DNA of 64,000 nt from Collinsella sp. (GTDB lineage: Bacteria > Actinomycetota > Coriobacteriia > Coriobacteriales > Coriobacteriaceae): contig DXMJ01000008.1 of the NCBI GenBank assembly GCA_019414265.1, forward strand, positions 8,540 to 72,539, read 5' to 3'. The notes under the pieces were generated by a model. That model saw nothing but the letters and a program-made list of their open reading frames with translations, had not been told where the DNA came from and made no database searches. Below, one piece after another: positions 58,413 to 64,000 of this stretch (positions are counted from its first letter, which is position 1; each line of letters opens with the position of its first letter). The position numbers and the translations under genes were made by a program.

Positions 58413-59333
58413 ATGGCCGACAATCGCAAACGTGCACCGCGTGGAGGCAAGCAGGCTGCTTCTGGCTCGCGTCCGATTCGCCGCAACGACCGCGCTGCCA
58501 CTCCCAAGGGCCAGCGCGAGCGCTCCCAAGCCCAGGCTGCGCGTTCGCAGCGAGATCGCAACCGCGACAACGTTCAGGTTCCCAAGGGCGAGTTTATCGA
58601 AGGTCGTCGTGCTGCCGCCGAGGCACTGCGTACCGGCTTTCCCGTCAAGTGCGCGCTCATCGCCGAGGGCGGGGAGCGCGATGCCGCCTTGTCGCGCCTG
58701 GTCGACGACCTCAACGCCGCGGACGTCCGCATTAAGTATGTGCCGCGCACGCAGCTCGATGCGCTGTCGAGCCATGGCGCTCACCAGGGCATTGCGCTCG
58801 AGGTGGGCAATTTCCCCTATGCCGATGTCGCCGATATTCTCGATCGCGCGGGTGAAGGACCGGCGCTCGTCGTCGTGCTCGACCATGTGACCGACGATGG
58901 CAATTTTGGTGCGATCGTGCGCTCTGCCGAGGTCGTGGGCGCAGCGGGCGTCATCATTGCCAACAAGCGCGCCGCCGGTGTGACCGTGGGCAGCTACAAA
59001 ACCTCCGCTGGTGCCGTCATGCACCTGCCCATCGCGCAGGTTCCTAATATCGCCCGAGCGCTTGACGACCTCAAGGCCGCCGGCTTTTGGGTGGGCGGTG
59101 CTTCCGAGCACGCCGAGGGCAGCTGCTGGGATGCTCCCTTCGAGGGCCGCGTTGCGCTCGTCATGGGCTCCGAGGGCGACGGCATCTCGCGCCTGGTGCT
59201 CGAGAAATGCGACTTTTTGACCAAGCTTCCCCAGCGCGGCATGACCGAGAGTCTCAACGTGGCCCAGGCGACCACCGCGCTGTGCTTTGAGTGGCTGCGC
59301 CGCAATGCCGGCGAGCTCATGGGGGAGGAGTAG
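58413..59333 (+). CDS. rlmB: 23S rRNA (Gm2251) 2'-O-methyltransferase
   Basis: HQGI, NFGAIVRSA, GSEGDG and ESLNV SpoU motifs; follows cysS. Confidence 0.92.
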   Translation: MADNRKRAPRGGKQAASGSRPIRRNDRAATPKGQRERSQAQAARSQRDRNRDNVQVPKGEFIEGRRAAAEALRTGFPVKCALIAEGGERDAALSRLVDDLNAADVRIKYVPRTQLDALSSHGAHQGIALEVGNFPYADVADILDRAGEGPALVVVLDHVTDDGNFGAIVRSAEVVGAAGVIIANKRAAGVTVGSYKTSAGAVMHLPIAQVPNIARALDDLKAAGFWVGGASEHAEGSCWDAPFEGRVALVMGSEGDGISRLVLEKCDFLTKLPQRGMTESLNVAQATTALCFEWLRRNAGELMGEE

Positions 59334-59336
59334 CGC

Positions 59337-60014
59337 ATGTCCAAGAAGAACCGCGCCAAGTCCAAGGCCAAGCGCTTTGGCGAGGGCTCGGCCAAGCCGA
59401 TTGTTTCGGCCGCGACCTATGGCGTGGGCGGCAATGCGTTTGCGCAGGCCATCGCCGACCCGGTCTCGACGGTGCACTCCAATAAGCCCGAGCTGCTGGT
59501 GGTCGACGGCTACAACGTGATTCACTGCACGCCGCGCTACGAAAAGCTCGTCTACGACCATTCCGACGATCCATATTCCAGCGACGTCCACGATATGGCT
59601 CGTACTGCGCTTATCAACGATGTCGCGGCGTTTGCCCAGGGCCGTTACGAGGCCGTGATCGTGTTCGACGGCGCGGGCAACATCTCCAACGAGCGCCCCA
59701 ACCTACCGGCCCGCGGCGTGCGCATCGAGTTCTCGCCGACGGGCGTCTCTGCCGATACCGTGGTGCAGAAGCTCTGCATCGAGGCGCGTGAGGAAGGCCG
59801 CGCGTGCTCCGTGGTATCGAGTGACGGCACAATACAGGCCGTCGTCATGGGCAAGGGCGTCACGCGCATCTCGAGCCGTATGCTGGTGGACGAGATCAAA
59901 CAGATCGACAACGACGTTCACGAGGCCGAGGAAGCCCCGCAGATCAAGATGACCCTGGGCAGTCGCCTGAGCCCCGATGCCCTGGCCAAGCTCAAGGCCC
60001 TGCGCGGACGGTAG
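59337..60014 (+). CDS. NYN domain ribonuclease (YacP/Rae1-like)
   Basis: LVVDGYNVI, IVFDG, SAD and VVSSD motifs; conserved position after rlmB. Confidence 0.88.
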   Translation: MSKKNRAKSKAKRFGEGSAKPIVSAATYGVGGNAFAQAIADPVSTVHSNKPELLVVDGYNVIHCTPRYEKLVYDHSDDPYSSDVHDMARTALINDVAAFAQGRYEAVIVFDGAGNISNERPNLPARGVRIEFSPTGVSADTVVQKLCIEAREEGRACSVVSSDGTIQAVVMGKGVTRISSRMLVDEIKQIDNDVHEAEEAPQIKMTLGSRLSPDALAKLKALRGR

Positions 60015-60056
60015 GGGAGTTGCGGCAGAGAGCCGTTTCCTAGATTGGTCTACCCG

Positions 60057-60084
60057 CTGATTTGTAATCAGTGGGTTGCGGGTT
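60057..60084 (+). repeat. 28 bp exact copy of an internal tRNA-Thr segment
   Basis: CTGATTTGTAATCAGTGGGTTGCGGGTT identical to 60267-60294. Confidence 0.9.
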
Positions 60085-60240
60085 TGCAGCTGTCAAAACG
60101 AATAGGTTTATGTTTTGACGAACAGATAAAACTGTTCGTTCTGACGAACGGTTTTTGAGATGTGGTCGGTCGAAGGGCCTGTTGCGCCCCGTCCTCAATT
60201 CCTTTATCCTAAACAGGCTTCGCGCGAAAGCGCCAAGTGT

Positions 60241-60315
60241 GCCAGTGTGGCGCAACGGTAGCGCAACTGATTTGTAATCAGTGGGTTGCGGGTTCGATTC
60301 CTGTCACTGGCTCCA
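60241..60315 (+). tRNA. tRNA-Thr(TGT)
   Basis: GCCAGTGTGGCGCAACGGTAGCGCAACTGATTTGTAATCAGTGGGTTGCGGGTTCGATTCCTGTCACTGGCTCCA. Confidence 0.95.
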
Positions 60316-60424
60316 TGAGAGTTTCGGGCTCTGTCTCTATATGGGACAGAGCCCGTTTCTATTTAGGTGGTGCGCCATCGGGTTAGCGCCCATCCCGTTT
60401 TTGGTTTGTCTCGTCCTCCAGTTT

Positions 60425-60560
60425 GTCTAAATCTGTAACACCAAGACCGATATTCGGCATCTAACTGTTACAGATTGAGATGAAACTTAGGGTGTTTTAG
60501 GAATATCTTGATCTGTAACATGTAGAAGCGGAATAGGCCTCTTGCTGTTGCAGATCGAGA
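60425..60560. repeat. Two tandem inverted-repeat units with 80 bp period
   Basis: ATCTGTAACA at 60431 and 60511; TGTT(A/G)CAGAT at 60466 and 60546; 25 bp spacers. Confidence 0.75.
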
Positions 60561-60712
60561 CAAGGGCGGGCGCGGATCTGGATGTCCTGCTCGAGCGTGG
60601 ATTTCTGGATACGCGAGCGAAGAAAATCTCCCGACCGGAGAACGAGCGTGGATAATTAACTTGGATAGGGAGCTAAGGTAAACACCGATTGTCTATCGAC
60701 GGCTTTAGAAAC

Positions 60713-60747
60713 AACGGCCCCGATTTCATTGTGGAATCGGGGCCGTT
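60713..60747 (-). terminator. Terminator downstream of the PTS gene
   Basis: AACGGCCCCGATT...AATCGGGGCCGTT stem. Confidence 0.6.
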
Positions 60748-60848
60748 TGTGCCTCAGGAATCCGAATGGATTAATCGAGCTCCTAAGGAACTTCTTGGGT
60801 TCTTGCTAATGGTCTGCCGAGGATGTCCCCAATGCAAACAGCGGGCAT

Positions 60849-62249
60849 CTACTCAATATAGCTGGGGTTCTTCTTGATGATCACGCGTGCAGCGATGAAG
60901 GAGACGACGATGGCGATGATGGCGACAACGCATGCCAGCACGAAGTTACCCATGGACCCATCGGGAGCGATAAAGATGAGTGCCGAAAGAAGGCCGGGGC
61001 ATGCTCCCGCAACATACTCTTTCAGAACAAAGATGCCTGCAGGGAGTCCAGCGCAGAGCGCGCCGATTGCCGTGCCGACAAGCAGGCGGGGACGCTCGAT
61101 GAGGCAACCGTAGAACGCGGGCTCGGTTACGCCACAGAGTGCGGTGACGGCAACCGTGGTGACCATACCCCTCTTCTCTTTGTTTCCCTTCATGGCAGTT
61201 GCCAGGGCGAGGCTCGTGCCGCCAATGCAGAGGTTCGAGATGAATCCAAAGATAATGGGTGCCCAACCGAGCTGCGCCAGGCTCGTAACTTCGATTGCGA
61301 TGTAAGCCTTATCGAGACCGAGCATGACGAAATAGGGGTTAAGGGCTGCCAGGATCGGAGTAGCGATAAATGCCACGTTGTCCATAAGCCACGTGACGGC
61401 ATCGCTCAGCGCGTAGCCCATCATGCTGCCGGCGGGGCCAAGGATAATAAGCTCGACGGGCACGACGATGATCATGGTGAGCAGCGGCTTCAAGAACAGT
61501 TTGGTAACGTCGGGAATAATCTTCTGAAGGCCGCGGTCGACAAAGTACATGAATACAACGCCCAGTACGATGGGCACTACCGTACTCGAATAGTCGTTCG
61601 TCGGGATGGGAATACCAAGAAAGTCGAGACCCTCGGCACCGCTAATGGACGAGCTGATCATGATCGCGCCCAGCAATGCGCCCATGATGGGCTGCATCTT
61701 CATGACGGCCGCGAGCTGATAACCAAGATAAACGGGTAAGAAGCTAAACGAAGCGCTAAAGATCGCCAACAGGACCTGGGCGGTTCCGCTATCGGTGCTC
61801 AATCCGCAATAATTGACCAGGAGATTCTTGATCGAAAGAATGAGTCCGCCAACGATGAGCGCCGGGACGATGGGCATGAATACCTGTGCAGAGACGTTCC
61901 CGAATTTCTCAATCAAGCCCATGGCGGTGTTACCGCTTTTAATGCCTTCTGCAAGGTCTTTGGCGGTTTGGGCATCGTCGGCAACCGTGCCACCGCCGAC
62001 TTCGATTCCCGCGAAGTCGAGGAAGTCGTTGTAAGCCTCGGTGACGTTGGGGCCGATGATCACCTGAAGCTGGCCACCGCTGACTACTGCCCCGAGCGCC
62101 TGATCGGCCGATTTGGCGAGCTGGAGATCGATGATCGAGGTGTCTCGTGCGTCGATGCGAAGGCGCGTCGCACAATGAGTTACCGATGTAATGTTCTCTT
62201 TGCCGCCAACAGCCTTTAGGACTGTTTCGGACATTGCCTGATATTTCAT
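60849..62249 (-). CDS. PTS beta-glucoside/sucrose-type EIIBC component (no EIIA)
   Basis: VGGKENI.SVTHCATRLR, QLQVIIG, F.FLPV, YSSTVVP and ALCGVTEPAFYG motifs. Confidence 0.92.
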   Translation of the reverse strand: MKYQAMSETVLKAVGGKENITSVTHCATRLRIDARDTSIIDLQLAKSADQALGAVVSGGQLQVIIGPNVTEAYNDFLDFAGIEVGGGTVADDAQTAKDLAEGIKSGNTAMGLIEKFGNVSAQVFMPIVPALIVGGLILSIKNLLVNYCGLSTDSGTAQVLLAIFSASFSFLPVYLGYQLAAVMKMQPIMGALLGAIMISSSISGAEGLDFLGIPIPTNDYSSTVVPIVLGVVFMYFVDRGLQKIIPDVTKLFLKPLLTMIIVVPVELIILGPAGSMMGYALSDAVTWLMDNVAFIATPILAALNPYFVMLGLDKAYIAIEVTSLAQLGWAPIIFGFISNLCIGGTSLALATAMKGNKEKRGMVTTVAVTALCGVTEPAFYGCLIERPRLLVGTAIGALCAGLPAGIFVLKEYVAGACPGLLSALIFIAPDGSMGNFVLACVVAIIAIVVSFIAARVIIKKNPSYIE

Positions 62250-62258
62250 CTCTTTCTC

Positions 62259-63677
62259 CTAACCTTCCTGCTCCTGATACTTCGAGATAAGGTCTCGGTA
62301 CCAATACCAGCTCTTTTTGGGGGTGCGCTCCAGATTGTTCTCGAAGTCGATATGGACAAGTCCGTATCGTTTTTCGTAGCCGTTGATCCAGCTATACAGA
62401 TCCATCGTCGACCAGAGGTAGTAGCCCTCAACGCGCGCGCCGTCGCGCTTAGCCCTCATCATGTGCTCGATGAACTGGCCCAGAAGCTCGATGCGGTCAT
62501 CATCGTGGATCATTCCGTCTGCGTCTGGTTGCTCATAGGCGCCATGTCCGTTTTCCGTAATAAAGATGCGGGGCGCGTCATAGCGCTCGTGGACATCCAT
62601 GATGGTTGAATACATGCAACCTGGGAGTATTTCGCGGCCCCATTTATTGCGGGGAACATTGCTGTCGCGGGCGCTTTCAAACAAGGGCGCAATGCATTTT
62701 CCTTCGACCTTTTTGCTCGAACCGCCCTTATTGTTCGCCGAAACGGCAAGCTCTCCACCGTGCCAGTCGGTTACATACTCTCGGCAATACACGTTGAGTC
62801 CAATAAAATCGACTTTACCGTCTCTGAATTCTTCTACGTCATTTGGGGATCGATAGAGCGAGACGCCAAGTTTTTCAAGGATTTCGTCCATTTCTGGCGG
62901 CAGTTGACCCTGAAGCGCTGGTGCCAGAATCATGCGATTGGCGAAAAAGTCTGCGTATCGAAATACGTCATCAGGGTGCTCGGTTGCCGGGTCGAGTTCG
63001 ACAACGCCGCCATCGTGGACGGCGCCGATGATGCCGTCGTAGCCCATTTGACGATATGTTCGGACTGCGAGTGCGCTTGCGCGCATCAGGTTGTACTGAA
63101 ACTGCATGTACGACTGAACGTCGAGCGATCGATTGGGGGGATAGTTGCCCAACATGTTTACGCAGTAGCTGTAGAAATGCGGCTCGTTAACGGTAGCCCA
63201 GATTTTGACGCGGTCTCCAAAGCGCTCAAAGCAAATCTTGGCGTATTTGCAGAACCACTCTGCCATGTCATTGTTCAGCCATCCGCCTTTGCAAGCAAGC
63301 GTGAATGGCAGATCGTAATGGAACAGCGTAACGTTGGGCTCTATGCCATTTTCGAGGCAGCAATCAATGACCCGATTATAAAAATCGATACCCTCTTCAT
63401 TCACTTCGCCGATACCCGTGGGGATGATTCGACTCCATGAAAGAGAGAAGCGATAGGTGTTTTGTCCGCCTTCTTTCATCATGCGGATATCTTCTTCATA
63501 GCGATGGTAGAAGTCGCAAGATACATCACCGTCAACATGGTTGATGTTCTTATTGCTTGTGTGGCTAAAGAAATCCCACTCGCCAAGGCCTTTGCCGTCT
63601 TCGTTCCAGGCACCCTCGCACTGATAAGACGCCGTGGCGGAACCCCAGAGAAACGGCATGTTGTTCACGTTGCCCAT
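62259..63677 (-). CDS. Glycoside hydrolase family 1 (6-phospho-beta-glucosidase-like)
   Basis: FLWGSATASYQCEG, YRFSLSWSRI, TVNEP and ITENG catalytic motifs, GYEKRYG. Confidence 0.95.
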   Translation of the reverse strand: MGNVNNMPFLWGSATASYQCEGAWNEDGKGLGEWDFFSHTSNKNINHVDGDVSCDFYHRYEEDIRMMKEGGQNTYRFSLSWSRIIPTGIGEVNEEGIDFYNRVIDCCLENGIEPNVTLFHYDLPFTLACKGGWLNNDMAEWFCKYAKICFERFGDRVKIWATVNEPHFYSYCVNMLGNYPPNRSLDVQSYMQFQYNLMRASALAVRTYRQMGYDGIIGAVHDGGVVELDPATEHPDDVFRYADFFANRMILAPALQGQLPPEMDEILEKLGVSLYRSPNDVEEFRDGKVDFIGLNVYCREYVTDWHGGELAVSANNKGGSSKKVEGKCIAPLFESARDSNVPRNKWGREILPGCMYSTIMDVHERYDAPRIFITENGHGAYEQPDADGMIHDDDRIELLGQFIEHMMRAKRDGARVEGYYLWSTMDLYSWINGYEKRYGLVHIDFENNLERTPKKSWYWYRDLISKYQEQEG

Positions 63678-63828
63678 GAATCCCCTTTCCATCATTCAAC
63701 ACGGTGGATACGTGTGGCGGAATTACGATTAAGATGACGTCAACTGATTTGAATCATAGGAGAACGACCAAAGCTGTTTGATTCAATAAATGAACTATGA
63801 TTTCGAGGAGAGCGGAAAGAGGGATCAC

Positions 63829-64000
63829 GTGAATATCAATGACTTCGATGTGCTCAATCGCATTAGCTCCATCATCAACAGCGAGTTTGGGTCAAACGAT
63901 GCCGCCATCGCTCGATATCTCGTCGCTCACATTAGGCGTTCGAGCGAAATCAATGTTGCCGCAATAACCCGCGATGCATTCGTGACCCGTTCCGCTGTTC
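63829..64000 (+). CDS. MurR/RpiR family transcriptional regulator (N-terminal part)
   Basis: Manual translation MNINDFDVLNRISSIINSEFGSNDAAIARYLVAHIRRSSEINVAAITRDAFVTRSAV, RpiR-like HTH; divergent from the GH1-PTS operon. Confidence 0.65.
   Translation, partial: MNINDFDVLNRISSIINSEFGSNDAAIARYLVAHIRRSSEINVAAITRDAFVTRSAV

Noticed and set aside
60040..60100. Second tRNA-Thr gene
   Set aside because: Only a 28 bp internal fragment; lacks the D-arm, complete T-loop and acceptor stem.
60425..60560. Possible mini CRISPR array
   Set aside because: Repeats are short and alternate in orientation; only two units; no cas genes in the window.

Overview
High-GC chromosomal window, most likely from a Coriobacteriia gut actinobacterium (Collinsella-like; inferred from gene content and protein style). 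It is mostly core genome: coaX, dCMP deaminase, nifU, lgt, yebC, amaP-DUF2273-asp23, groES-groEL, an FMN-riboswitch-controlled riboflavin ECF operon, argCJBD, asnB/murE/murI-rph-rdgB-dtd, veg-ispE, tatA, greA-lysS, clpC, pepD, a Mn (yybP-ykoY) riboswitch with mntP, disA-ispD-ispF-cysS-rlmB-yacP, and three tRNAs (Val-TAC, Pro-CGG, Thr-TGT). Accessory parts are a RelB/PIN toxin-antitoxin pair, an islet of about 4.4 kb (49.2-53.6 kb), and a lower-GC PTS/GH1/RpiR sugar locus after tRNA-Thr. The islet carries an ABC/AAA_21-type ATPase coupled to a TOPRIM-like protein. This candidate anti-phage module is the best candidate for an undescribed system, and its effector frame is interrupted by an in-frame TAG with 36 codons continuing beyond it. 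Intergenic DNA is rich in palindromic elements: a REP-like family with variable arms around a conserved GGG(A/T)C(A/G)GG loop, 140-200 bp hairpins flanking groESL, a MITE-like element with 30 bp inverted repeats, tRNA-derived duplications, and a candidate attenuator with a 4-codon uORF. No CRISPR array, integrase or transposase was recognised. All family names come from motif recognition, not database searches.
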